A stretch of 64,000 nucleotides of DNA, taken from Squalus acanthias (Eukaryota). Shown here piece after piece: positions 1 to 13,000 of this stretch; position 1 is the first letter of the stretch, and each line of letters begins with the position of its first letter. The notes under the pieces are model-generated. The model did not search any database, had not been told where the DNA came from, and worked only from the letters and a program-made list of their open reading frames with translations. The position numbers and the translations under genes were made by a program. Where the stretch lies: NCBI GenBank assembly GCA_030390025.1, contig CM059432.1:149484001-149548000 (forward strand), written 5' to 3'.

Positions 1-189
1 TGTGTGGCCTCGGGAGATGAAGGAAACTGAGGAGGAACTAGAAGCATTTCACATCCTTACAGAATGGGTGTGGGGAAGAACACTAATAGTGGACAAAAGC
101 AGACAAGATCAGCTTCAGAAAAGCAGCAGAAGATCCATAGCGAGACACTAAATAAATTATTTGTATTAACTATATTTATATAACTATAT

Positions 190-580
190 CCCACTCCAGA
201 GACTTGAGCACATAAAGCTAGGCTGACACTCTAGTGCAGTGCTGAGGGAGTGCTGCACTGTCTTTCGGATGAGAGGTTAAACCGAGGCCCCGTCTGCTCT
301 CTCGGGTGGACGTAAAAGATCCCATGGCACTATTTCGAAGAAGAGCAGGGGAGTTATCCCCAGTGTCCTGGCCAATATTTATCCCTCAACCAACATAACA
401 AAAACAGATTATCTGGTCATTATCACATCGCTGTTTGTGGGAGCTTGCTGAGCGCAAATTGGCTGCCGCGTTTCCCACATTACAACAGTGACTCCACTTC
501 AAAAGTACTTCATTGGCTGTAAAACGCTTTGAGACATCCGGTGGTCGTGAAAGGCGCTATATAAATGCAAGTCTTTCTTT
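190..580 (+). mobile_element. Deu-domain tRNA-derived SINE (SacSINE1-like) with L2-type tail, 5' truncated
   Basis: Core ggatgagaggttaaaccgaggcccc...aaagatcccatggcact...gtcctggccaat; tail aaggcgctatataaatgcaag. Confidence 0.8.
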
Positions 581-842
581 ATCGCGCCTTTCATGACCTC
601 AGGACGTCCCAAAGTGCTTCACAGCTAATGAAGTACTTTTTGAAGTGTAGTCATTGTTGCAATGAAGCACTCCCTCAGTGCTGCACTGAAGGGTCAAAGT
701 AGATTTTATGCTCAAGTCTTAAGTGGGTCTTGAACCCACAACCTCCTGAATCAAATGCAAAAACACTACCACTGAGCCACGGGAATAAAGCAGGAATGGA
801 GAACAATTGAAAGCTCAAGGGGAAAAATACATTGGAGATATT

Positions 843-1663
843 GGGGCTGATTTTGCCAATGGGGAGCTTTTGGAGGCGGGACTCCCACTTGTCGGGTTTC
901 AGTCCCGCCTCCATCAACTTCTGGCCAACCCACGCTATTTTCCCTTGATTGACCTTGTTAAGCCCGCCCAGCGGGCTCAGCAGGCCAATTAAGGGGAAGC
1001 CGGTTGCAGAGAACATCAGCGTATGATGTTTCATCTGTCAAAAATTTTTGACAGATGAATTGTCATCATTTGACAGCTCTGTGAAGCTGTCAAACACTGA
1101 CATTCTCTGTAGTTTGATGAGGTCTTGAATTCAAGACCTCATCAAACCGCTTTTTTTGCAGAAATGAGATGGTTGTTGCATTGGAGATTGCAACGGCCAC
1201 CTGTCATCTCTGCCGCGGAGGTGCGAGACTCTCCGCATACCCACCGACTGAAGCCTGCAGGAAGAAACAAAGGTAAGTACACTTTTTCTAACACTTTGCA
1301 CTTACCTCAGATACTCACCTCTCCACACTTGCACCCATCACTCACCTCCACAGCGTACTTTTGGACTCCTCCGACCCCCGCAGACCCACTGCTCGCCTCG
1401 CTGACCTGGCGGGTTTCGGAGCCTTCGGGAAGCCCGCACTTGTGTGGGCAAAATGGGGATAATCCTATTTTCTGCCTGTTAACTACCTGTTAACAGGCAG
1501 TTAATTGGCTTTAATTCCTTCCCGCCTCCAAGGAGACGGGACCCGGTGCGGGACGGCTACCCGCCTCCTGGGAAGATGGCACGGAGGCAGGTTGGGCACC
1601 CGCCCCCAAATTCTGCCATTTTCCCGGCAGTCCCGCCTCCCCAGGGCTGGCAAGATCGCCCCC
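843..1663. mobile_element. Harbinger-type MITE
   Basis: Imperfect TIRs ggggctgattttgcca / tggcaagatcgccccc, resembling the TIR of the 10021 element; flanks att/ata. Confidence 0.7.
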
Positions 1664-1721
1664 ATAGTTCTATGTATATCTTGATCACTTAAGAGAAATT
1701 AGAGACCACAAAACATGAGGG

Positions 1722-2744
1722 ATTGTTTTGAGAGGACATTTTAGCGGAAAAGGGAAGGTTGGTAAAAATAACTCATAGCCTGAATTTTCAGAGTAGTGAA
1801 GAAATTCTCCTGCTATCCGCACTAAGTTTGCAGGTGTCCGGGGAGCTTGCCATTTTCTGTGCTTTAACTAATGGGCATAAAACCGCAGGGAATGTGCTTG
1901 TAGTTTCCTGATTAGACGCTGCCGGTCAGGGGCAGGGTCCCTCACTGCTGGCACCAGATTGGAACTTTGCTGCTGTTATGTTTGTGATGTTAATTATGGA
2001 GAGCCCCTTAATGGTAGTGGATTTTATGAAGCTGTTCCTTCTTTCTGTTAGAGCTGTGATCCTCGATGCTTGATTCGAGCTGCAATGTTTGATTTATTTA
2101 TAGCATTTAGTGGAAGAAACTGGAGAATAAGCGAACTCATTTCCACCCCCGCCCCCCCACCTCTTCACCTGCCTCATCATTTTACTGTTCTGCATTGCAA
2201 ATGAGTACACCTGAGCGTGAGTTAATTAATTGTTTACTAACGAGCTAGGCTGGCAGACTTCAAGTTTGTGAATTGACTCTGGGGAAGATCGAGTTTGGAA
2301 ACAATTCTTTCCTGAAGTTGCCATTCAGGTGGTATAAAGGGAGCTTGGCCGTCTGTCAATGTGTCAGTGATACATTTGGTAATTGGCACCCAGTTTGAAA
2401 ACCAGTTCCATTTGAAGGCAAAGATTCTAAGTTCTAGAATTTCTGGAATATACTCTGTAAAGCTATACACCTGCAAACTAATTTACTATAGTGATTTATT
2501 CAAGATGCTTGTGAAGATTTAACCTTCCCCGTTATTTCCATTGCACATCAGTATTGTTTTGACAGGACATTTTAGCGGAAAAGGGAAGGTTAGTAAAAAT
2601 AACTCTTATAGCCTGAATTTTCAGAGTAGTGAAGAAATTCTCCTGCTATCCGCGCTAAATTTGCAGGTGTCCGGGGAGCTTGCCATTTTCTGTGCTTTAA
2701 CTAATGGGCAGAAAACCGCAGGGAATGTGCTTGTAGTTTCCTGA
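1722..2744 (+). repeat. Two ~190 bp near-identical direct repeats (1722-1911 and 2553-2744)
   Basis: attgttttga(g/c)aggacattttagcggaaaaggg...gtagtttcctga occurs twice with few differences. Confidence 0.9.
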
Positions 2745-2977
2745 AACAGTCAAGCTGATGTCTAGCATGTCGCACTTTGTTGGGGAAAGTGCAGTTGAGG
2801 TGAAGAAAATGTTACTTTTATTCCATCAGATTTTATTTCTGATACGAGCTAAATGGGGTAAAATGAACAGGCGAAGAAACAGATCTAAGGGCAGCAAACA
2901 AAACATTGCTGCTATGCATGTAATCCCCAACCTGGTCCCTACATGTATGGTACTGTTGAGGCCTGTAAAACACCACA

Positions 2978-4489
2978 GGCTGGACATCCATCATAGCCCA
3001 GGAATGGGCGTAATCATTAGAAAAGTTAGAGAATTAGCGCCAGGCGCTAATGCTTTAGACTGCACGCAAAATTCATTCTCACTGCTCAAAGAAATGATTG
3101 GGGCGCTAAATTAAGTCTTAAAGGCCTGGCTCAGTGGCGTTACACTCAAAGGGTGGACCAATATCGGGTGCAGTCTAATCTCAACTCATCATTGCCACAG
3201 GCTCTTCCCAGTACTTAAAGGGGAGGTTCATTGATCCTGCAGCACCTCATTCTCAGCATTGCTGGCTGTGCAGCTGCCTCAGCAAGGAGAAGCACAACAA
3301 GGAGGAGGAGCCGGAGGACTGAAGCAGGTGTGCTCATGGCAGATCCACCTCAGTCGGGTGGTCAGGGTGATTGAATGCTTCAACAAACGCTACGTACCAC
3401 CATCTGTACCACAAGCTTCACACACTGCCCAAAGCACCAGACCCCCAGCGCTCACCCACCAACAATCTCTACCTACCAACACTCACACCCACATCTCACG
3501 CCTTGCACACAATGACAGCTATTCAACTATGGCAGGCACAAGGGTCATTAGTTATTAGAATGAATGTGATATGTGTGATATGTTTATGCATAAATTTATT
3601 CATGGAGTTTGCAATATTTTGTGGTCTCTCTCATTTCACCTTTATGCCCAGGAGGACACTGTGATATGGCATGACACAGGGATGGTATGATGGGGATGTG
3701 GTGAGCAAAAGGGATCTGGGGTTTGAGTCATCCTGGTGTGAGGCTGGAGGTCTGTTTGGAGGAGGTGGTAGAGTTCTGTGACCACCACCTTGGTGATGCA
3801 GAGCCGTCTAATACACTGCTCGTCGCTTAATTGAAGGTTGGAGAAGTGTTGTCGGAATACCCTCTGAGGGTAAGGCCTCCTGGTGAGAGCCCTGATGTCC
3901 CTCCTCATCTCTCTACGCACATGTTCCGTATTTTTCGCTGCCTACGCTCCCTCCGCCATAGGTCCTGGAGGACGAGGTAGTGCCAGTACAGCCCCCATTA
4001 ATGGTGCCAAATGTAGCAGTTTGAATCTTTGACAATAAATGTAGTTACTTTGCACTTGGCAGAAGACTGCTGATAAAAAAGAAGCTTAAAATTACTCATA
4101 CAAACTATTCCACTGGGTGAAACTGACAACAAACCACTGAAACTAACCTGCTCCGTCAGCTGGGAGTGATTAATGCTGATGCCTTTAAATAACGTTGCTG
4201 GAGCCGGCTTCCTGGAGCTGCACGCCAGCTCTCCCTGTCGCTGTCTGGTCGAGGCGCTAAGGTAAATGGCGTCAATGAATTTTCCAGATCGGGCAGCCAG
4301 TCCACTGATGTCACAATCTGCCTGGCGTTGAAGACCCCTGGCGGTACCTTGTACCGGTGGTGCAACAGAGGGGCCGGATTTGCCGTGCGGCGCTGGATTC
4401 GCCTCGCCCCGGCGCTACTGCATCAGCGCCTCGTTACCGCCATCTGCTGGTGCTAATGGGAGGCGCTAAGGTACTGAATTTTTCCCCCC
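2978..4489. mobile_element. Internally deleted Harbinger transposon with N-terminal transposase remnant (- strand)
   Basis: ORF 3642..3920 RRPYPQRVFRQHFSNLQLSDEQCIRRLCITKVVVTELYHLLQTDLQP. Blocks at ~3190-3250, ~3420-3540 and ~3650-3720 match the 39714 element. Left end approximate. Confidence 0.7.
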
Positions 4490-4776
4490 ATCTGCCTTTA
4501 TGTTCAGATAGTGTGTACCAGTCCAGAGATGCTGGCATGTACTTAAGGCATCATTGTTGGTAAATTCAGACAAAGTGAATCATTTCATATTGATATGGAT
4601 ATGGTAGTGTCGTGGTTATGTTACTGGGCTAGTAATCCAGATGCCTGAACTAATAATCCAGGAAATGTGGGTTCAAATCCCATCATGGCAGTTTGAAAAT
4701 TTGAATTGTGCTTTTAAAAATCTGGTCTCAGTAAATATGACCATGAATTGTTGGATTGTCATAAAAACCCAATTGG

Positions 4777-6442
4777 TTAGAATCATAGAAACTTGCGGCA
4801 CAGAAGGAGGCCATTCGGCCCGTCGTGCCTGTGCTGGCTCTTTGAAAGAGCAGTCGTGTTTAGTCCCACATCCCTGCTTTTTGCCCATAACCCTGTAAGT
4901 TCCTCATCTTCAACTACCCATCCAACTCCCTTTTAAAATTAATTATGGAATCAGCTTTCACTGCCTTCTCAGGTCGAGTGTTCCAGATCCCGACAACCCT
5001 CTTGAGCGAAAACATCTCTCCTCTTCTCCCCTCTAGATCTTTTGCCAATGATTTTGAATCAGTGGCCTCTGGTTATTGACCCACTCACCAGAGGGAATAG
5101 ATTTTCTCTCTCAAAATCTCTTATAATCTTGAAAACCTCTATTAGGTCACCTCTTAACCTTCTCTGTTATAAGGAGAACAGTCCGAACTTTTCCAACCTC
5201 TCCTCATAACTGAAGTCCATCATCCCTGGTAACATCCTGGTAAACCTCCTCTGTACCTGTTCTAAGGCCTTTACATCTTTCCTGAAGTGCGGTGCCCAGA
5301 ATTGTCCACAATACTCCAGCTGAGGCCTAACCAGTGACTTATAAAGTTCTAGCATAATCTTTTTGCTTTTATAATCTATGCTTCGAGTTATAAACCCAAG
5401 TATCCATTATGCTTGTCTAACCACCTTAACAACTTGCTTCTGCCACCTTTAAGGATTTGTGTTTTTGGACACCAAGGTCTCTCTGCTCATCCACACTTTT
5501 CAAAATCACACCATTTATAGTACACTGTTGAGGCTGCCGCGAAACACGAATGGAGGCTGAATCCATATGTGGAAAACAAGAAACTTTTATTCACTGCATG
5601 GCACACAAAATGGCTGAGAAAGCTGCTCCCAGAATTCGCTGGAAAAACTCCCAGAATTCTCTGGGTAAAACCTGAGGCCCCGCCCCCTTCTGCCTTAAAG
5701 GTAAGGTGCCTTAAAGGGGAAGGTGCTGGAAATTTGTCCACAGACAGAAGAGTGGATTATGCCCGTTTTAGGTGGCGATCCGCCACAATACGGTCTTTCC
5801 AGATTAGTCCTCCCAAAGCGCATCACTTCACACTTCTCTGCATTGATCTCCATCTGCCCTGCTTCTGCCCATTTCACCATCCTGTCTATGTCATCCTGAA
5901 GTCTACAACTATCCTCATCACTATCTACTACTTCGCCAAGTTTTGTATCATCTGCAAACTTCATAATGCTGTTTCCTACTCCCGAGTCTAGGTTGTTTAT
6001 AAAATTTGAAAAAACATCTATCCTCCACCACCCTTTGCTTCCTGTCACTGAGCCAATGTCGTATCCATATCGCCACTTTCCCCTTAATTCCATGGGCTTC
6101 CATGTTCTTAACAAGCCTCTTGTGTGGCACTTTGTCAAATGCCTTCCGAAAGTCCATATATACAACATCTACTGCACTACCTTGATCAACCTTCTCTGTT
6201 GCCTCATCAAAGAATCCAATCAAGTTAGTCAGACACGATTTGCCTTTAACAAATCCATGCTGGCTCTCCTCGATTAACCCATGCCTTTCCAAATGAAAGT
6301 TTATTTTGTCCTTGATGATGGTTTCCAATAACTTCCCCACCACCGATATTACGCTGACTGACCTTGTAGTTTCCTGGTTTATCCCTCTCCCCTTTCTTGA
6401 ATAGTGGTATAACATTACCAACCCTCCATTGCTCTGGCACAT
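4777..6442 (-). mobile_element. CR1 LINE 3' fragment (RT and C-terminus), interrupted by a solo LTR
   Basis: QHGFVKGKSCLTNL, YMDFRKAFDKVPH, KFADDTKLG, YKSLVRPQLEYC; short-repeat tail near 4780. Confidence 0.9.
5526..5787 (-). mobile_element. Probable solo LTR inserted in CR1
   Basis: TGT...ACA ends, AATAAA on the - strand near 5590, flanks acac/atac; interrupts collinear CR1 sequence. Confidence 0.55.
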
Positions 6443-6797
6443 AGCTTACTGTTGAACTGTGGGGACCATAGAAGACCTGTTACCTGTATCTGTGCCCAGA
6501 GTCTCTAATGCTGTAGTATAAGATCCCAGAGTGACCCTGGTTCCAAATGATTGAGGTTGACCCGTATTGGGGACAGTGATTTAACTTTATTCAGCACAAG
6601 CAAAATTTAATACATTACAGTATTTGAGCAGCAGTTTAGAGTATAATTGAGACTTATATTACCCCTTATACTCTGGGTAGAAGCTGCAACCGTGAGTAAG
6701 CTGCACCCCGTATCTCTTGTCTCTCGTCTCTCTTCATCTCCCGGCTGTTTCCTTGAATCTTTCTGAAATCTTCTACTCTTTCTGAAATCTTCTACTC

Positions 6798-7582
6798 TGT
6801 AAGATTAGGATCACAGGTCACACACAGATTACCTAAAGGGTCTTATGAGTTGTAAGGCTTTTTATTAAAGAGCTACAGTTTTAAAGCATAATCAGATATT
6901 ACATGTGGTTTAAGCTAAGTATAATAGACATACGACCCGTCACAGTAGAGAGCGATCTACGACTCCCGAGGCGGAATGCCACGACCGGACGGACGGTGAG
7001 GCAGTATGGTGGTCTCGGATTGGGTGGATTCCTGCAGTCTGCTGCAGCGGTCACTTCCATTGGGTCATCCCTCGAGCTGTTGGAGGTGTTAGGCCGTCAG
7101 CCACCTCAGAGGCTAAACTTGACCAAGGTGTTAGGCCGTAGCCCCCTCGGGGAAGCCTTCGCCCCTAACTGCCTGATTTCCTCTCTCGGTCGTCTATATT
7201 TATAGTTATTTCGATGGGCTGGTGGATACCTGGTGTCAATCATTTGTACCCCATCCTATTGTCCAATTACAAGGGAGAGGCTACCTATGACAGCCCCCTC
7301 CCAGCCTCATGAGATCATTTTCCTCCTTATCTCTGTTCTAAAGGTCTTGTTGCCCTCTTTGTAAACAGCTTGTTTATCCTACAGCTCCTTGCTACATCCC
7401 ATATCAGGCTTAGTTATGCCCACTCGAAGGCCTGTTTTTGTGTTCTGACCTTGTAATTCGACTCTCTGTACAGCTATTTTTCTGACATGACTGGAATCTT
7501 TCTGTGTCATCAACTTAGGCAAACTGCTGATCTAGGGAACCCGTAACAGACTATTATTTCTTTCAATCCACGATTTCTTACA
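6798..7582 (-). mobile_element. 3' LTR of an endogenous retrovirus
   Basis: TGTAAGA...TCTTACA inverted termini. Polypurine tract aaggtggggaga (- strand, 7583-7594) abuts it. TATAAAT near 7200 and AATAAA near 6862 on the - strand. Confidence 0.85.
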
Positions 7583-7955
7583 TCTCCCCACCTTGAGAAG
7601 GAAATATCCTTATTGACTTCTCACAATCGGCTCTTGACTAATCCAGCTAGTTCTTATTGCTCTCTCAACTTGGGCGTTAGTTAGTAGGGAGTCTTGAAAA
7701 TGAAGATTTCCCTCGTCCTTTCAGTCCATTCCTTTGAGGGGGAGGAGCAACCTCTGACCCCTTACTCAAATTCAATTCACTGTTCCGGTGTTCCAATTCT
7801 GCCCTGCCTGGGGTATCCTCGATTTCTTCTATCTTTCCTGATCTTACCCCGCCTGGGGTCTCCTCTACATTGCTTCGGATCTTCTCTTTCCGTGTGCTCA
7901 ATTAATTTCTTGGTGCTGGTTAGTCATAGGCATGAGTACCCAATTGGCTTATGTA

Positions 7956-8500
7956 TCAAAGTCTTACTACACAGGTTACATATATCAAATACACTATCAT
8001 TACAAGTTGGAGAACTACCAGAGCGTGTGAAATAATATGAACCTAAGGGTGTGCTGATATATTAAGCCCAATATCCCACCAGTGTGAGTTGTCCTCTATG
8101 CTGTCAATTTCAATATCCATTCTCGAGTTGTCTTGCTCCAAAACATAAAAATGCTTTAGGGAGGAGTTCAGTCGCATCACGAGCTCACTGAAGCCCTCAG
8201 ACAACAGGGGGAATGTAGTATCCGAATTGTGCCACATAATTGTTCAGCTCATACTTAAGTATCTCATTTACTGTCAGTTTCACTTGAGCATAGGTTTTGA
8301 TATTGAGTAAAACGTGTTGGTTGATGGGACAGGTCCTGTTAGACCCCTAAAGCATGGTAGTTGCGGTAGTAGTGACACAGGAGGCACCACCAAAACCACC
8401 TCATACTGGATTCGTACTGGTTTTTCCCCCACGCTCTGTTATCTACAAAACACAATTATTACAGTCACAAGTTAAATTCAGTTTTACAATCATTTCAAGC
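7956..8500 (-). pseudogene. env: Degenerate ERV envelope C-terminal half (Cys-rich region, heptad, WWD, transmembrane helix)
   Basis: Manual translation across stops and frameshifts: LTCDCNNCVL*ITE...GASCVTTTATTML*GSNRTCPINQ...YYIPP...FSELVMRLNSSLKHFYVLEQDNSRMDIEIDSIEDNSHWWDIGLNISAHP*VHIISHALVVLQLVMIVYLIYVTCVVRL*. Lies just upstream of the PPT and LTR. Confidence 0.7.
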
Positions 8501-9078
8501 GACACTACAGTTTAACATCTAATCAACAAGTCATGGACTTAAAAGATTCTCCAGATCTCTCTTTACTCAATCCATCTTGTGGATAATTCTCACTAAACAT
8601 GATTTCTCCTTAGCCCTCAATTGTCCCAATCCAGATTCTGTGTAACTCTCTGCTTCAACTTCAATTTCAATCCCTCTAACAGGTACCAGTGTGTTTAACT
8701 CTATTCTGATTGTTTCATTAATTAGATAGTTTCTCGATGGAGTATGTGTCAATGCTTTAAAAGTTGTCTCACTCTCCTGAGCCACTTTAACCATTTCATG
8801 TCGTGCTGTTGTCAAGTAACTGAGCATGTCTGAGACTCGTTCTTCAGTGCAAATTCAACATACATTCCCGGATGGTAATTGCTTCATACGTAACGAATCA
8901 CATTTGCACACTCATACCGGTATCTCAATATCGTGCTACACATGCCATCCGATACAAGCCAATCTCAGGCTTTCAGGTGATCCTATCAAAAGATTATCTG
9001 GAGATCTTTGCTCATCTTCCTCTGCATGATGCCTTGGGTAGTGGCCGGACTATCAAATTCAGTTTTCTTTAAAAGTTC

Positions 9079-9320
9079 ATTCTCTTAGGCAGTCCCTCGG
9101 AACCGAGGGTGACTTGCTTCCACACTATAAATGAGTTCTCAGGTGACTGATGAGTCCAATGCGGGACCTACAGTCTCTGTCATAGGTGGAGCAGACGGTG
9201 GTTGAAGGGGCGGGTGGGTGGAGTGCTTGGGTTGACGTGCGCTCCTTGCGCTGCCTGCGCTTGGCTTCCGCTTGCTCCCGGCGAAGAGACTCGAGGTGTT
9301 CGGCGCCTTCCCGGATGCTT
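9079..9320 (-). mobile_element. RTE-clade LINE 3' end inserted in the ERV
   Basis: On the - strand the element ends ...ccgagggactgcctaagagaa; ttcatt flanks both sides. A shorter copy of the same end is at ~14574-14604. Confidence 0.65.
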
Positions 9321-10020
9321 CATTATAGGCAAGGACACAAATGTCTCCAAGAGAAAGCTATCAATTTACTATTCGTAACTACACTTTCCTGACTTTCACT
9401 AGAATGAAAATTCCCATTAATACCAGATTCTATCTCATTCATGAGCGTCTGGAGAAACTTTACTGTCCAATACAATATTAAAGATAGAAAACACAGATCA
9501 AAGTTGTTTGGTGAACCAATTAAAAAAAAAACCCTGCTGCCAGCAGAAAGGGTTAACTCCTTTGCAGGTTTATAAGGCGGCGAAGCAAATATTCTTAAAC
9601 ACGATACAGAACAGAAAATAAAACAAAAAGAACACAGTAAGTTACATAATATTTCTCTTTGTTCTTTCTTCAGATGTGTTTTCAAATGACTGTAAAAATA
9701 CTGAATACAATTGGAGAAAAATTAGTTTCACATGTAAACAAAACAAATCAAACTGCTTTGGAAAATTTCACCATAGCAACCGCGACTCCGAGGTTAAATC
9801 TTAGACTGAAACTTAATCTTTTGTTAATCAAACTTTTTGTTTTCCTCAGTTTTTCCACACCAGCTTAACTTAAATTGTAGTTCAAAGTTTTTTTTTCAAT
9901 TCCGGGTGCACAATCTTATTCGTACATTCTTCTTAAACATTCATAGATGCTTTGTAAAAAGACATTAACATTCACACTGAAAACAAATAAAAACCTGTAG
10001 AACAGCAGAAAAGAGACATG

Positions 10021-13000
10021 GGGCTCGATTTTGCCAGGCCCGAGGAGGCGGGATTGGAGGCGTGTGAGGTGTTAAAATCGCGAAAAATGGCGGGTGGCTC
10101 CGATCCCACCTCCAGCCCGCCTCCGAGCAATTTTCCCAGAATCGGGGTTTCAGACCCCGTTTCCATCCCGCCTCCAAGAGGCAGGGAAAGGCCCTTAAGG
10201 CCCTTAACAACCAGCTAAGTGCCTCTATAATCCAATTTTGAGAGGCCTTTCTGATTTTAACACTTTTCCCACATCCTGCACGTCTCCTCTGGAACACGCC
10301 AGTGAATCCTGGTGGCCTCACAAGTGGACCGCTTACTAACAGCTGCAGCTCCACCATTAAAAAGGAGTTTTCACCAATGATCATTTGCAGGTGGCAGAAC
10401 TTTGTTGTCTCAGGCCTGGGGGACCTTTTAGCAGGCATACTCAGTGTTGTGGAAGTTTGGAGCCTGACACCCATCTCCAGTGTGACCTCCTGGGAAAACC
10501 CTCTCCCCCCCCCTTGACAGCGCTTCCTCAACTGAAGCATATACCAGAAGCATGGGAACCATTTATTTCCTTTCCTGGACATCAGATTCGGACGAGGACC
10601 AGCCGTGGCAGCAGCAGAACCATGAACAACAGCAGGAGCACCAACAGCAGCAACAACAACAGAGCGCCAAGCTGCTGCTCACCCACCTGAAGCTGCACAG
10701 GCCAGAAGTCGCCAGAGCGCGACCATATTGCTGCCCGGGATGCAAGGGACGCACTCCTCTTGGCCAGATTTGCTTAGCCTGCACAATCAAACACTTTTGC
10801 CTTGCACCTTCTTACCAGAGCATCGACAATGGACAAGAACCTGCGGATTCCTATCACTCTGACCACCATACTGACAATTGCAAGTCGCTCTAAGCCCTCA
10901 ATGTGGAAGTCCCATTTGCGAAATGACACAGGCCACAACTTCAACAGTTTGCAATCAGAATTTTTTATCACAACAAGCAACTGATGGCATTTCAAAAATA
11001 AACACAACATAACACCCAAGTGACTACACTTGTGACTACTTGTGCATTATCTTCCTCTTACGCGTGCTCCTACGTGGTGCTTCCCCTATGACTTCAGCAG
11101 ATGTGGAGGCCCCTATGCTCACTTTCTTGCTGCTCCTGTCTCGACACCTTTGGCGGCCGTCCTCTGGGGTTGCGAACCTGTGAGGGCTCGGCAACAGTCT
11201 GCTGCTCCTGCGACTGTGCAGGGGATGAGACACCCATCTTAGTTGGGTGAGGACTCTGGTGGGGCTCTGACCGAGGGCTTTGCAGTGGCATGGTCATGTG
11301 AGCGCTTGGAGAGGAGCCCCCACTTCCTTGTTGTCTGCCACCAACATCCCTTTCATGGGTCAGCCCCAATTCAGAGCTAGCAAGTAGCTTGACAGCACCT
11401 TGCTGCACTTCAGGGGGGCCATGAGGACCCGTTTCTGCACTGGAAGTCCTACTCCAGAGGTCTTCCATGAAGGTCTGGTTTCTCTGCTCAATAGCTGACC
11501 TTCGCTCCTCAAGAGCTGCCAGTCTATTCTGAACAATGACCATGTTTTCAACACTCTGGCGACTAAGCTCCTCCATGGCCGTGGCCATCCTCTCCTGTAC
11601 CGTAGCCATCCTTTCCACGGAGGTTGCCATCCTTTCCGTGGTGATGCGTTCATGCGCCAATGCCTCCATAATGGCTCTGCTCATGTTCGTGATGGACTCC
11701 TCCATTCGTTCCACACTCGCAGCGACCCTGGAGACAAAACCTGCCAAAGACTCCTGCACCTGTTCCTGGAGTTCCAGCACCGCTCTCCTTCTGGATGGAC
11801 CCGGAGGCACAGGGTCGACATGCAGCGGAGCCGAGCTGACAGAGTCCTGCGCCCTCTGACGAGGACTCTCCACTGCTGTCCCTGTCTCCACCATCTGCTG
11901 ATGCTCACTTGTGAGCTGTGATACACCAGGTGCCAACACTACTCTATCTCGCGAAGGTCCCACCAAGGTGTGAGTGTCTGCGCTGGTGCTGGGTGCGCTG
12001 AATTCTGCTGACGCTGCGCCCTCAGAGGTTGCAGCTTCCTCTGAGGAGTCTGGAAGCTCAGGCTCTTCCTCCTGGACAGTGGGGACAGGGGGCTCTCGAT
12101 GGTCCTGTGGGGGAGTAAAGGAAAGAGTTAGAGATGTGAGGCCAAGGTTACATGCACATTGAATTGTGCAGATGATCATAAGTCAATCTGTTAGAGCATC
12201 AGAATCATTATCAGTCACTCATACAATGTCAATGAGAGAGATGCCAAACTATTCTGTCTCCAGCTTGCTGTGATGCGCCCGCGTGTCCGTCCCCCACTTG
12301 CGAATCTTCCTCGACACCGGCGATTTCCAGGGCCGCCTCCTCTGAGGTGGTGAGCTGGGCTACTGAGGGTGGCCCTCCTCCTGTCCTCGCTCTTTCCCTC
12401 TTATTGTGGGCTCTCTTTTCCTGCAATGAGGGACACAAGTGGAGTTTGAGTGAGAATGAAGGAGTGAGTGTAGAGAATCCATAGAATAGATGCTTAGAAG
12501 GAGACAAAGTGCCCTCCCTGAGTGTTGTAAGTTGTTGTCATTGCATCACAGTGATAGGGAGTGTGAGGGCTGCATGGTTGAATAGTTAAGTGAATATGAC
12601 CAGAGAGAGAGAGGGAATGGGTAAGGGTGCAGGGATGTAAGTGTCAAGTGGGATGTGGAGGAAGAGGTTGGCAAAGCAGAGTGCTGGTGAGGAGAGGCGA
12701 TGGGGATCAGATTGAGGGTGATGGGAAAGTCATACTCACTTTTCCTGTGTGGAGAAGGTCTTGAAACCTCTTCCTGCATTGCAGCCAGGTTCTGCGGCAC
12801 ATAGAGATTGAGTTGACCTCCTGGGCCACTTGTAACCACACAGCTTTAGACTGCTGGGGTGGCTTTTTCCTCCCTGTGGAAGGGAAGAGCACCTCCTTAT
12901 TTGATCTTGCTCCCTCCACCAGAGCTTGGAGGGAGGTCTCATCGAACCTTGGAGCACACTTTGGCCTATTGCTGGACATAGTTGCTGAATGAAGCGATCA

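Noticed and set aside
6478..6797. Second LTR-like segment next to the ERV LTR
   Set aside because: It has a TG start and a - strand AATAAA, but no other end or TSD could be found, so it is too weak to call.
10552..10893. PolyQ-containing 113 aa ORF as a host gene
   Set aside because: Lies inside Harbinger TIRs and is best explained as a deleted transposase remnant.
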